Assembly (NCBI GenBank): GCA_035279665.1
Contig: DATEHI010000052.1
Location: 7,939 to 71,938, forward strand
DNA from: Candidatus Dormiibacterota bacterium
GTDB lineage: Bacteria > Chloroflexota > Dormibacteria > CF-121
Reading direction: 5' to 3'
DNA: 64,000 nt
A model generated the notes under the pieces. The model did not search any database and was not told where the DNA came from. It saw only the letters and a program-made list of their open reading frames with translations. Within the stretch, counting starts at the first letter, position 1, and every line of letters begins with the position of its first letter. This document shows positions 42,504 through 51,681 of the stretch, one piece after another. A program made the position numbers and the translations under genes.

Positions 42504-43124
42504 CTATTGGTCACCCTGAGTGACGCGCGTATTGCGCCAGTCACGCGCATCCTGCAGGAAATTCGTGAGCAACAGATGGCCATGCTCGGTCAGGATCGCC
42601 TCCGGATGGAACTGCACGCCGGCGAGCGGATGCTGCCGGTGGCGCAATCCCATCACCGTGCCCTCCTCGGTCCATGCCGTGACCTCCAGGTGGTCGGGCA
42701 GCTTGTCGCCCTCGACCACCAGCGAGTGATAGCGCGTGGCCACGAACGGGCTTGGCAGACCGCGAAAGACCGATTGCTCCCGGTGAAAAACGCGCGAGAC
42801 CTTTCCGTGCATCACCTGCGCGGCCCGACGCACCTGCCCGCCGTAGGCTTCGCCGAGACACTGATGGCCGAGGCAAACGCCGAGCGTCGGCAGGGTCGGG
42901 CCCAGCTCGACGAGGAGATCCTTACAGATACCTGCATCGGCAGGTGTCCCGGGCCCGGGCGAGAGCACAGCGGCAACGGGGCGTAGATGCGTTATTTGCT
43001 CGAGCGTGATCTCGTTGTTGCGGTGGACCACCACCCGCTCGCCCAGCTCGCCCAGGTACTGAACCAGGTTGTAGGTGAAGGAGTCGTAGTTGTCGATCAC
43101 CAGCACGACGTCCCTGGGATTCAT
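42504..43124 (-). CDS. trpG: Anthranilate synthase component II / class-I glutamine amidotransferase
   Basis: VLVIDNYDSFTYNLVQYLGELG, catalytic LGVCLGHQ and GVQFHPE. Start at MNPRDVV (ATG 43124), one nt after the trpE stop. Confidence 0.9.
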   Translation of the reverse strand: MNPRDVVLVIDNYDSFTYNLVQYLGELGERVVVHRNNEITLEQITHLRPVAAVLSPGPGTPADAGICKDLLVELGPTLPTLGVCLGHQCLGEAYGGQVRRAAQVMHGKVSRVFHREQSVFRGLPSPFVATRYHSLVVEGDKLPDHLEVTAWTEEGTVMGLRHRQHPLAGVQFHPEAILTEHGHLLLTNFLQDARDWRNTRVTQGDQ

Positions 43125-43125
43125 G

Positions 43126-44598
43126 TCAGCCCGCGGCGGCGAGCGCCTGCAGCAGCGCGGATGCCTTATTGCGCGTCTCGAGGAATTCTTCCTCGGGGAC
43201 CGAGTCGGCAACGATGCCGGCGGCGGCCTGAACCGTCGCGTTTCCATCCTTGACCACCATGGTTCGAATCGCGATGCAGGTGTCCAGATCGCCGGTGAAG
43301 CTCAGGTAACCGATCGCCCCGGCGTACACGCCCCGCCGCTCGCGTTCGAGCTCGGCGATGATCTCCATGGCGCGGATCTTCGGCGCCCCCGTTACCGTGC
43401 CCGCGGGGAAACACGCCCGCAGCGCATCCATCGGGCTGCAGTCGGCGCGCAGCCGGCCGGTGATGTTCGAGACCAGGTGCATGACGTGCGAGTAGCGTTC
43501 GACATTCATCAACTCCGTCACCTTCACGCTCCCTGTCTCGCAGACCCGTCCGAGGTCATTGCGCCCCAGGTCGACGAGCATCACGTGCTCGGCACGTTCT
43601 TTTTCACTGGAACGCAGTTCGTCTTCCATGCGCTGATCGGCCGCCGCATCGCGACCTCGCCGTCGGGTGCCCGCGATCGGCCGGTAGCGCACCCTCCGAC
43701 CCTGCACCGTCACGAGGATTTCCGGCGATGTGCCGAGGATGGTGGTGGCGGGCAGCTTGAGAAAATACATGTAGGGCGAAGGATTAAGCGCTCGTAGAAG
43801 GCGGTAGACGTCAAATGCATCGGCCTGGAGCGGCGTGGTGAATCGCTGGGCGATCTGCACCTGGTAGATGTCACCCGCAAGGATGTGCGACTTCGCCTGC
43901 TCGACGGCGTGGAAGAACTCCGGCTGCGACAAGCGACCTTCGAGGCTTAAACCGGCCGGCCGGTCGGCGGGCTCGAGCGCGCGAAGGCGAACGGTCCGGT
44001 TCAGCCGGCGGGCCAGGTCGTCGAGCCGCGCCACGGCTTCGGCATAGCGCGATTCGATCGGCGGCCGCTGCGTGCGGACGTGGGTGACGAGCTTCAACCG
44101 GTGCCGGACATGGTCGAAGCAGGCGAGTGTGTCGGTGATGACGAACACGCCATCGGCCACCTGTAGTGGATCGGCCGCCGGCACCGGAAGGCGCTCCAGA
44201 TAACCCGCGGCTTCGTAGCCGAGGTATCCGACCGCGCCGCCGCAAAACCCTTCGGGAAGACCTTCCGCCGGTTCCGCGGCAAATGTCTGCAGGTAGGCTT
44301 CCAGGGCGCGCAGCGGGTCGGCTCCGTCGAGCTCATGGCGGCCGCTGGCATCCTGCACGGCGGCGCGACCACCCGCGATCGTCACGATCGCCATTGGGTC
44401 GGCGGCCACGAAAGAGTAGCGGCCGAGCTGCTCCCCGCGCTCGACACTCTCGAGCAGGTAGGCGGGACCGTCGCTCGCCAGCGCCGCGTAGGCCGTGACC
44501 GGTGTCAGCGCGTCCGAGAGCATGTCGCGGAAGATCGGCACCATCGGCGCGCGCCGCGCGCGTTCCTTGACCTGGTCGAGCGTCAGCGAAACGGACAC
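43126..44598 (-). CDS. trpE: Anthranilate synthase component I
   Basis: Chorismate-binding domain motifs (LESVERGE, IAGTRRRG, GAPKIRAMEII, GGAIGY). Confidence 0.9.
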   Translation of the reverse strand: MSVSLTLDQVKERARRAPMVPIFRDMLSDALTPVTAYAALASDGPAYLLESVERGEQLGRYSFVAADPMAIVTIAGGRAAVQDASGRHELDGADPLRALEAYLQTFAAEPAEGLPEGFCGGAVGYLGYEAAGYLERLPVPAADPLQVADGVFVITDTLACFDHVRHRLKLVTHVRTQRPPIESRYAEAVARLDDLARRLNRTVRLRALEPADRPAGLSLEGRLSQPEFFHAVEQAKSHILAGDIYQVQIAQRFTTPLQADAFDVYRLLRALNPSPYMYFLKLPATTILGTSPEILVTVQGRRVRYRPIAGTRRRGRDAAADQRMEDELRSSEKERAEHVMLVDLGRNDLGRVCETGSVKVTELMNVERYSHVMHLVSNITGRLRADCSPMDALRACFPAGTVTGAPKIRAMEIIAELERERRGVYAGAIGYLSFTGDLDTCIAIRTMVVKDGNATVQAAAGIVADSVPEEEFLETRNKASALLQALAAAG

Positions 44599-44611
44599 GC
44601 GGCCCCCGTCA

Positions 44612-45646
44612 TCATGAGGCTGCAGGATACGGGTTCTTTGGTCCGAGCGGCGCGACCGCCGTCAGCGGCATGTCCGCCAGGCTCGCGAGCAGCGAGCCCG
44701 CTGACGCGGGCACATCCCTTGCCGCCCGTAACAGATCGGCGAGCACCGCGCTCGCGGCGGCGTCCGGGCCGGCCCCCGGCCCTTCAAAGGTGAGCGGCCC
44801 GGCGTATTCGGCGTCGAGGCTGATCGCATTCATCGCGCCATGGACGCGCGCCATCGGCGCAGCCGCGGGGACCAGTCGTGGACGGACGTCGGCCTCGATA
44901 GAGGCATCGTCGTGGATCGTCGCCGCCGCGAGTAGCTTGATGACGAATCCACGCCCGCGTGCCGCCTCGACCTGCACCGGATCGACGCCACGAATCCCGA
45001 CCCGATCAATCTGGGAGGGATCGATGCGGCGCCGAAAGGCCAGCATCACGAGGATGGCAAGCTTGGCGGCCGGGTCATGCCCATCGACGTCGGCGCTCGG
45101 ATCGGCCTCGGCGAGGCCGCGGCGCTGAGCGTCCGCGAGGGCTTCCGCATAGGTCGCCCCGCCGTCAATCGCGGCGAGGATCGAGTTGGTCGTGCCGTTG
45201 AGGATGCCCATGATCGAGCGGATCCGGTCCGCGCCGAGCGTGTCGGCCAGGGTTTCGACGATCGGGATCGCGCTGGCGACGGAGGCCTCGAACCGAATCG
45301 GCCCGAGTCGCGCCAGCTGCGGCCCTTCCGCGGCGATCAACTGCTTGTTGGCCGTAATCACCTGGCGGCCTGCCTGGAGCGCCGTATGTATATAGGTATG
45401 CGCCGGTTCCAGGCCGCCCATCACCTCGACGACGGCATCGAGCTGTGGCTGGGCCAGCAATTGCGCGGCGGGGAGCAATGGTGCCGGTGCGCGCCGGCCC
45501 TGAGGGTGCGCCACCGCAATGGCTTCCAGCTGGATCGGCCGGCCGGCGGCCTGCGTGATCCGATCGGCATCCTCCACCAACCGTCGCGCCAGCGCTCCGC
45601 CGACGTGGCCAAGGCCGAGCAGCCCAACGCGATACGGGGCACGCAT
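44612..45646 (-). CDS. hom: Homoserine dehydrogenase (no C-terminal ACT domain)
   Basis: VGLLGLGHVGGALARRL NAD-binding motif, catalytic-domain motifs and ANKQL. 344 aa. Confidence 0.88.
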   Translation of the reverse strand: MRAPYRVGLLGLGHVGGALARRLVEDADRITQAAGRPIQLEAIAVAHPQGRRAPAPLLPAAQLLAQPQLDAVVEVMGGLEPAHTYIHTALQAGRQVITANKQLIAAEGPQLARLGPIRFEASVASAIPIVETLADTLGADRIRSIMGILNGTTNSILAAIDGGATYAEALADAQRRGLAEADPSADVDGHDPAAKLAILVMLAFRRRIDPSQIDRVGIRGVDPVQVEAARGRGFVIKLLAAATIHDDASIEADVRPRLVPAAAPMARVHGAMNAISLDAEYAGPLTFEGPGAGPDAAASAVLADLLRAARDVPASAGSLLASLADMPLTAVAPLGPKNPYPAAS

Positions 45647-45669
45647 TCGGGAACGCTACCATCACCGCC

Positions 45670-46710
45670 ATGACCGCCGGCATCATCGAGCGCTACGCGG
45701 CGTATCTGCCGGTTACCCCGTCGACCCCCCGCATCACGCTTGGTGAGGGGTCGACACCACTAGTCCGGTCGTCGAGGATAGGCCCGGCGATCGGGCTCGA
45801 CCAGCTCTATTTCAAATGCGAGGGCCTGAATCCGAGCGGGTCGTTCAAGGACCGCGGGATGGCGCTCGCCACGGCCAGGGCGATCGAGGCCGGGTCCCGA
45901 ACGCTGATGTGCGCCTCGACCGGGAACACGAGCGCCTCTGCGTCGGCCTATGCCGCCCGCTTTGGTCTGCGCGCGGTCGTGGTCGTGCCCGCCGGAGGCG
46001 TCGCCGCCGGAAAACTGGCGCAGGCACTCGCCTATGGCGCGATCATCGTGACCGTCAAGGGATCGTTCGACCGCGCGCTGACCCTTGTGCGCAAGCTGGC
46101 GGACGAACCTACTGTCACCCTGGTGAACTCGGTCAACCCCTATCGCATCGAGGGTCAGAAGACAGCGGCCTTCGAGATCATCGAACAGCTGGGCCGCCCA
46201 CCGGCACAGCTCTTCATTCCGGTGGGCAACGCCGGCAACATCACCGCCTACTGGCGCGGGTTTCGCGAGCTCGCCGGCCGCAGTACCGCGTCACTCCCGA
46301 CGCTGCACGGCGCGCAGGCCAAGGGAGCGGCGCCGCTGGTCCGCGGACGGCCGGTGGCACGGCCGCAGACGGTCGCGTCCGCGATTCGGATCGGCAACCC
46401 CGCCTCCTGGAGCGCCGCCATTGCGGCACGTGACGAGTCGGGCGGCACGATCGAAGCCGTCAGCGACGACGAGATCATCGCGGCGCAGCGACGGCTGGCG
46501 CGCGAAGAAGGTCTGCTGGTCGAGCCGGCATCAGCGGCCGCCGTGGCCCTTTTGCTGAAAAGGGCGCCCGCCGGAACCCTGGGCGACGAGCCGGTTGTTT
46601 GCGTGCTTACCGGTCATGGGCTCAAGGATCCGCAGGCCCTGACTCGTGGCTCACGAGTGCCTCGGCCCGTTGAGCCGACGCTCAAGGCGCTGCGACGCGC
46701 GATCGGCTAA
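45670..46710 (+). CDS. thrC: Threonine synthase (canonical short actinobacterial/Bacillus type)
   Basis: Near-colinear with M. tuberculosis ThrC (EGLNPSGSFKDRGMALA..., CASTGNTSASASAYAAR, VNSVNPYRIEGQKTAAFEI, VGNAGNITAYW, LTGHGLKDP). Confidence 0.95.
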   Translation: MTAGIIERYAAYLPVTPSTPRITLGEGSTPLVRSSRIGPAIGLDQLYFKCEGLNPSGSFKDRGMALATARAIEAGSRTLMCASTGNTSASASAYAARFGLRAVVVVPAGGVAAGKLAQALAYGAIIVTVKGSFDRALTLVRKLADEPTVTLVNSVNPYRIEGQKTAAFEIIEQLGRPPAQLFIPVGNAGNITAYWRGFRELAGRSTASLPTLHGAQAKGAAPLVRGRPVARPQTVASAIRIGNPASWSAAIAARDESGGTIEAVSDDEIIAAQRRLAREEGLLVEPASAAAVALLLKRAPAGTLGDEPVVCVLTGHGLKDPQALTRGSRVPRPVEPTLKALRRAIG

Positions 46711-47792
46711 CCCAGCGCATCCACGATGGCGTCGGCCATCGCGGTGCTCCCCACCGGGGTCTGGCCCGCGGGGACGATGTCCGCGGTTCGCAAGCCTCCC
46801 GCCAGGACCTGGGAGACGGCGCGCTCGATCGCCTGCGCCGCGTCCTCCCGGTTGAGCGACCAGCGCAGCAGGAGCGCGGCGCTCAGGATCGCGCCGATCG
46901 GATTTGCGATGTCCTTTCCCGCGATGTCCGGTGCCGAACCGTGGATCGGCTCGTAGAATCCCAGCGTTCCGGCGCCGAGGCTTGCGGACGGCAGCATCCC
47001 CAGCGCGCCGGCCAGCATCGACGCCTCGTCGGTGAGGATGTCGCCAAAGAGGTTCTCCGTGAGCACGACGTCGTACGCCTGCGGCCGGCGGAGCAGTTCC
47101 ATCGCGAAGGCGTCCACCAGCATGTGGCTGCAGGCGACGTCGGGGTAGCGTTGCCCGACCCGGCTGACGACCGCGCGCCAGAGCCGGGAGGTCTCGAGCA
47201 CGTTGGCCTTGTCGACCGACAGCAGCTTGTGGCGCCGCAGGCGGGCCAGCTCGAACGCCCGGACGGCAACCCGCTCGATTTCCGGAGTGCTGTATCGCAT
47301 GGTATCGACGGCGGCCTCGCCACGCGCAGTCATGTAGCGCCGCTTGGGACGGCTGAAATAGAGCCCACCCGTCAGCTCGCGAACCACCAGCAGATCGACG
47401 TCGCGGACCCGCTCGGGGCGTAGCGCCGAGGTCGCGACCATGGCGGCATCAACCCTTACCGGACGTAAGTTGGCGAAGAGGCCAAGGCCTTTGCGAAGCC
47501 CGAGCAGGGCCGAGCCGGGCCGCAGCTTGCTGTCCGGCGCCGCGTCGTCCCATTTGGGTCCACCAACCGCGCCGAAAAGGATCGCGTCCGCGGTCTTGCA
47601 GAGACGAAGTGTCTGCGGTCGCAGCGCCACGCCATAGGCATCGACCGCCGCACCGCCCACGACATCGTCGACGTAGTCGAGTGCGATGCCAACCTTGCCC
47701 GCGGCGGCATCCAGGACTCGCCGCGCGGCGGCGGTCACCTCCGGACCAATGCCGTCTCCAGGCAGCACCACGATGCGCGCGGCGATCGCCAC
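46707..47792 (-). CDS. leuB: 3-isopropylmalate dehydrogenase
   Basis: VLPGDGIGPEV, GPKWD and DKANVL motifs of the isocitrate/isopropylmalate DH family. Its stop overlaps the thrC stop convergently. Confidence 0.95.
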   Translation of the reverse strand: MAIAARIVVLPGDGIGPEVTAAARRVLDAAAGKVGIALDYVDDVVGGAAVDAYGVALRPQTLRLCKTADAILFGAVGGPKWDDAAPDSKLRPGSALLGLRKGLGLFANLRPVRVDAAMVATSALRPERVRDVDLLVVRELTGGLYFSRPKRRYMTARGEAAVDTMRYSTPEIERVAVRAFELARLRRHKLLSVDKANVLETSRLWRAVVSRVGQRYPDVACSHMLVDAFAMELLRRPQAYDVVLTENLFGDILTDEASMLAGALGMLPSASLGAGTLGFYEPIHGSAPDIAGKDIANPIGAILSAALLLRWSLNREDAAQAIERAVSQVLAGGLRTADIVPAGQTPVGSTAMADAIVDALG

Positions 47793-47801
47793 GGTAAAAG
47801 G

Positions 47802-48938
47802 TTATCGTGCGACCGGGAGCGTGAAGCGGATCTCCGTCCCTTTTCCGGGTTCGCTGATCGCCTCGATCGTGCCCCCGTGAGCGGTCACGATATCTCTCGC
47901 GATCGCCAGCCCGAGGCCCGAACCCGGCGAGCCGGGACCTTTGACGAAGCGCTCGAAGATGCGCGGGCGTAGCTCGTTCGGGATTCCCTGGCCGGTGTCG
48001 CGAACCGCGAACGTGACACTGTCACCCGTTCGTCGAGCGCTGGCGGTGACCGTCCCGCCGCGGGGCGTATAGCGAATCGCATTGGAGAGCAGATTGCCGA
48101 GGACACCTCGAATCCGCGCCGGATCCGCGTCGACCGCCGGTAGGTCCGGCTCGAGGTCCGCGACCAACCGCGCCGAAGCGGCGTCCGCGGCGCTCTGAAA
48201 TGCCGCCAGGCTGCTCGTAACGAGGACCGGCACATCGACGGCTTCACGCTTGAGCCTCAGGCTGCCGACGTCGGCCAGCGTCATCGTGGCCAGCGCGTCG
48301 ACGAGCGTGTCGAGCGACGCCGCGGCATCGAGGATCGGCGTCACGTGCGCCTGGTCACCGGGATAAATACCGTCACCGATGCCCTCGGCTTGCCCGCGAA
48401 TAATGGCGAGCGGCGTTCGCAGCTCGTGCGTCAGATCCGCGACAAAGGCGCGCCGGTTGCGGTCGGCGGCCGCGAGACGCGCACTCATCGCGTTGAAGGC
48501 GCGGGCCAGCGTCCGAAGCTCACGCGGGCCGCGCTCGGCGATCTGCACTCCGTAGTCGCCGGCTTCGATCCGCCCGGCGGCGTCGACGAACTCGCCCAGG
48601 TTGACGGCCATCCGTTGAAACCGCCGGCTGCCGCGAACGATGAGGAGCACCAAGAGGATCAGAGCCGCAATCGCGACGAAGCGAACGGCGTGTGGCGCCT
48701 CGATCAGGCCGAGGGCGGTGCCGGCGAGCACCACACCAATCGTGAGCAGCACGGCGATGACCAGAAAAGCGGCTGCGATGAAGCCGGCAATCCGCCAAAG
48801 GAAGCGGCGGCCGACACGGCGCCAGGGCGGCCGGCCGGCCGGCGGCCAGGGCTGACCCTCGGGCCACCAGGGCGGCTGACCGCGGCCACGCGAACCCGGC
48901 GGGCCCCAGCCCCGGCCGCGCCATCCCGACGGGCTCAT
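47802..48938 (-). CDS. Sensor histidine kinase (intramembrane-sensing type: two closely spaced TM helices, HAMP, HisKA, HATPase)
   Basis: H-box LTHELRTPL, and N/G1/G2 boxes (LLSNAIRYTP, RDTGQGIP, GSGLGLAIARDIV). An unusual Pro/Trp/Gly/Arg-rich N-terminal tail. The ATG overlaps the RR stop (ATGA). Confidence 0.85.
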   Translation of the reverse strand: MSPSGWRGRGWGPPGSRGRGQPPWWPEGQPWPPAGRPPWRRVGRRFLWRIAGFIAAAFLVIAVLLTIGVVLAGTALGLIEAPHAVRFVAIAALILLVLLIVRGSRRFQRMAVNLGEFVDAAGRIEAGDYGVQIAERGPRELRTLARAFNAMSARLAAADRNRRAFVADLTHELRTPLAIIRGQAEGIGDGIYPGDQAHVTPILDAAASLDTLVDALATMTLADVGSLRLKREAVDVPVLVTSSLAAFQSAADAASARLVADLEPDLPAVDADPARIRGVLGNLLSNAIRYTPRGGTVTASARRTGDSVTFAVRDTGQGIPNELRPRIFERFVKGPGSPGSGLGLAIARDIVTAHGGTIEAISEPGKGTEIRFTLPVAR

Positions 48939-49630
48939 CGCCGTCCATCCGTGAAGCGATAACCGACGCCGAAGACGGTTAACAGGTAGCGCGGATTGTG
49001 TGGGTCCGGCTCGATCTTGCGGCGCAGGTTCTTGATGTGGGCGTCGATCGCGCGCTCGAACGGTTCACCCGCATCGCCATGGACGGCGTTGAGGAGTTGG
49101 GCCCGGCTGAACACGCGGCCCGGCTGCCGTGCCATCGTCGCGAGCAGTTGAAATTCCGTCGGCGTCAACTCGATTCGCGTGCCGGCGATGGTCAGCTCCA
49201 TGCTCGGCACGATCAGCTCGACGTCCCCCGAGCGAATCAGGTCGCCCGGCGCTTGGGCGGCTTCGCTGCGACGGAGCACGGAGCGCACGCGCGCGACCAA
49301 CTCCTTGGGACTGAAGGGCTTGGTGAGATAGTCGTCGGCACCAAGCTCGAGACCGATCAGCTTGTCGGATTCATCGGTGCGCGCGGTCAGCATGATGATG
49401 GGGACGGTACCGTTGCGGCGCAGGGAGCGGGTCACGTCGAGGCCATCGATGCCGGGCAGGCCGAGGTCGAGGACAACGAGGTCGGGGTGCTGCGTGGACG
49501 CCGTCCGTAGCGCCGTTGGCCCGTCGGCTGCCGTGAACACCGAGAAGCCCCCACGCTCGAGATAATCGCGCACCAGGGTGACGATCTGCGGCTCGTCGTC
49601 CACCACCAGGATCGTCTTCACCAGCGCCAT
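48935..49630 (-). CDS. OmpR/PhoB-family response regulator
   Basis: Receiver domain ILVVDDEPQI...DLVVLDLGLPGIDGL...TAR, and winged-helix output LTPTEFQLL...YLLTVFGVGYRF. Start at MALVKTIL (ATG 49630). Confidence 0.9.
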   Translation of the reverse strand: MALVKTILVVDDEPQIVTLVRDYLERGGFSVFTAADGPTALRTASTQHPDLVVLDLGLPGIDGLDVTRSLRRNGTVPIIMLTARTDESDKLIGLELGADDYLTKPFSPKELVARVRSVLRRSEAAQAPGDLIRSGDVELIVPSMELTIAGTRIELTPTEFQLLATMARQPGRVFSRAQLLNAVHGDAGEPFERAIDAHIKNLRRKIEPDPHNPRYLLTVFGVGYRFTDGRR

Positions 49631-49697
49631 CCTATGCCGAAGGTTGACAAAGTTGAGGCGGAGTGGGGACTCCGCCTCAATCGGGTGGGAGGGGAAA

Positions 49698-50015
49698 TCA
49701 GACCTGGACGGTTCCTGACGGACCCGTCGGTGCCTGGGGCGCAGTTCCGTGCGCCCGGTCGTGCCAGGCACGCAGCGTCGACTCGATGAAGGGCGGGAGC
49801 GTGAACGCCTGCTGATATCCACCATGACCGCCGGAGCCATAGCCGCCGAAGGGGCCCCATGGCCCACCGCCGCCATATCGGCCAAATCCCCGCGCAACCA
49901 TCCGGGCCATCAACATTCGGCGCACCAGGCGGCCCCGACCGAAGAGCGCCAGCCCCAGGCCAAGCCCGAGCCACTTCAGCGTCCGGCTCCTACCTCGAGT
50001 TCTGTAATCGTTCAT
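49698..50015 (-). CDS. Small glycine-rich protein (about 105 aa) with one hydrophobic segment
   Basis: Strong SD AAGGAGAA 5 nt upstream of ATG 50015. Sequence MNDYRTRGRSRTLKWLGLGLGLALFG...GRYGGGGPWGPFGGYGSGGHGGYQQ. It lies directly upstream of the RR/HK pair on the same strand. Confidence 0.5.
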   Translation of the reverse strand: MNDYRTRGRSRTLKWLGLGLGLALFGRGRLVRRMLMARMVARGFGRYGGGGPWGPFGGYGSGGHGGYQQAFTLPPFIESTLRAWHDRAHGTAPQAPTGPSGTVQV

Positions 50016-50236
50016 GTCGTTCTCCTTTATCAGCCGCCCCGATGTTGAAAGGGCGGCGGTTTTATCTGCACTCCATCCTGCCCGAGAGTTGTGAATCAGC
50101 TGTGAAGCAATCTGACGTGGCGTGCGGAGGAGGCTTCGACAGGCAGCTGTCACGAGGGGCGGGAACAATGCACCAACGCGCCCTGAGCCGGCGGCGGTGG
50201 GACCCGGAGACCATTCACCGCCGGCAACGGGCGCGC

Positions 50237-51034
50237 CTAGGGAAGACCCGCCGCGATCTTCAAGACGTCGGCCTTCGAGAGGCCGGATTCGATTCGGTAG
50301 GTGACGCCGGCATGCTCCCAGATCAGCGTGTTGGCTGCCATGCGCAACGTCTCCATCTGGTCCGTACCCGCGACCTTCACGTAGATGATGTGAGGCTCGC
50401 CCGCGATCCACCAGCCGGGGTCGCCGTGCACGGAGACTTCCTCCACTGTCGTGCCCGGCCCGACGCCTTTCGTGATAAAGCCCGGCATGAGGTCGCCGCG
50501 AAACTCGCTGATCAGCAAACCCAACCCGGTTTGCTTGACCAACGGGATGCCAGGGCGCGGTGCGTACGCCAGCGCGACCTCGCCTCCAGGAATCCCGCTC
50601 ACGACATAGACCGCCTCCGGTTGGCCGACCTCAGGGGGTACCGCGATGGAGAAGCTCAGCCTCGATTGGGCGTCGGCCATGGTGGTGCGACGGCCGAGGT
50701 CCAGCGGCGTGCCTGGAGACAGCGATGGAAGCGGCGACGCCTCGCGGTTTACGATCACTCCTCGAACGTGGAAGAAGTGCGCGATGGCATCGCGTGTCAC
50801 GGGGTTGGCGAGGGCCGCGGCGCCCAGCAGGACGAGGAGCACCGCGGCGACCAGGGCGAGCCGGCGCGGATCGCGCCAGAGCTCGAGCCGGCGCGGCCGA
50901 GCAATCGGCTGGGCGGTGATGCGCAGGCGCACGTGGCTCGCCAGGTTGGGGGTCGGTGGGTACGGATAGCGCGGCCCGAGGTCCCGGAGCGCTCGCTCCA
51001 GCTCGACGCCGGTCACGCGCCTCGGATCAGTCAT
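50237..51034 (-). CDS. Putative anti-sigma factor (single-pass membrane protein, DUF4367-like extracytoplasmic domain)
   Basis: Immediately downstream of, and overlapping, the ECF sigma gene. One TM (LALVAAVLLVLLGAAALA). Start chosen at MTDPRRV. Confidence 0.65.
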   Translation of the reverse strand: MTDPRRVTGVELERALRDLGPRYPYPPTPNLASHVRLRITAQPIARPRRLELWRDPRRLALVAAVLLVLLGAAALANPVTRDAIAHFFHVRGVIVNREASPLPSLSPGTPLDLGRRTTMADAQSRLSFSIAVPPEVGQPEAVYVVSGIPGGEVALAYAPRPGIPLVKQTGLGLLISEFRGDLMPGFITKGVGPGTTVEEVSVHGDPGWWIAGEPHIIYVKVAGTDQMETLRMAANTLIWEHAGVTYRIESGLSKADVLKIAAGLP

Positions 51035-51617
51035 CGGTCTCTCCTCCCGCGATCGGCATGCGGATGTCGGCCGGCAAGGCGGCACGAAGGCGCGCGAGAG
51101 CCCGGGAGAGGCGCGACTTTACCGTACCCCGCGGGCAGGCGAGTGCTTCCGCCATCTCGGCCTCGGACAGATCGAAAAAGAGTCGGTAGGCAAGGATCAG
51201 ACGGTCGTCTTCCCGCAGCGTCTTCAAGGCCGCTATCAGGGTGGAGCGAAACTCATCCGCCTCGGCCGCGTCCTCGGGGGACTGGGCCGAGTCCCCCGAG
51301 GATTGGGCGACCAAGGCGCGCTCGGCCAGGACCGTCCGCCGACGGGCCGATGTCCGGCGATTACGCGCTTCGTTGGCGACGATCCGGCACAGCCAGGGCT
51401 TGAATGGCGCGCCGGCGCGGAAACGGCCGAGCGCGTAGTAGGCGTTCACGAATGCCTCCTGCGCTGCATCTTCCGCCTCGGCGGCGTCACCGGTGACCTG
51501 GTAGGCGACCCGAAACGCCAGCTGCTGGTACTGCTGGACAAGTGCTTCATAAGCGTTGACATCGCCGTGTCGTGCGCGCTCGACGAGCGCTACGTCGTCC
51601 AGTGGCCGGCCCTCCAC
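51027..51617 (-). CDS. ECF-type RNA polymerase sigma factor
   Basis: Region 2 (LVERARHGDVNAYEALVQQYQQLAFRVAYQVTGDAAEAEDAAQEAFVNAY) and region 4 (LSEAEMAEALACPRGTVKSRLSRA). Confidence 0.9.
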   Translation of the reverse strand: MEGRPLDDVALVERARHGDVNAYEALVQQYQQLAFRVAYQVTGDAAEAEDAAQEAFVNAYYALGRFRAGAPFKPWLCRIVANEARNRRTSARRRTVLAERALVAQSSGDSAQSPEDAAEADEFRSTLIAALKTLREDDRLILAYRLFFDLSEAEMAEALACPRGTVKSRLSRALARLRAALPADIRMPIAGGETDD

Positions 51618-51681
51618 GGATCGATTGCTAACCCTTCATACCACCCAGCGCGTCCGCTGGTTCCCGTAGGTCAGCGCCGCG

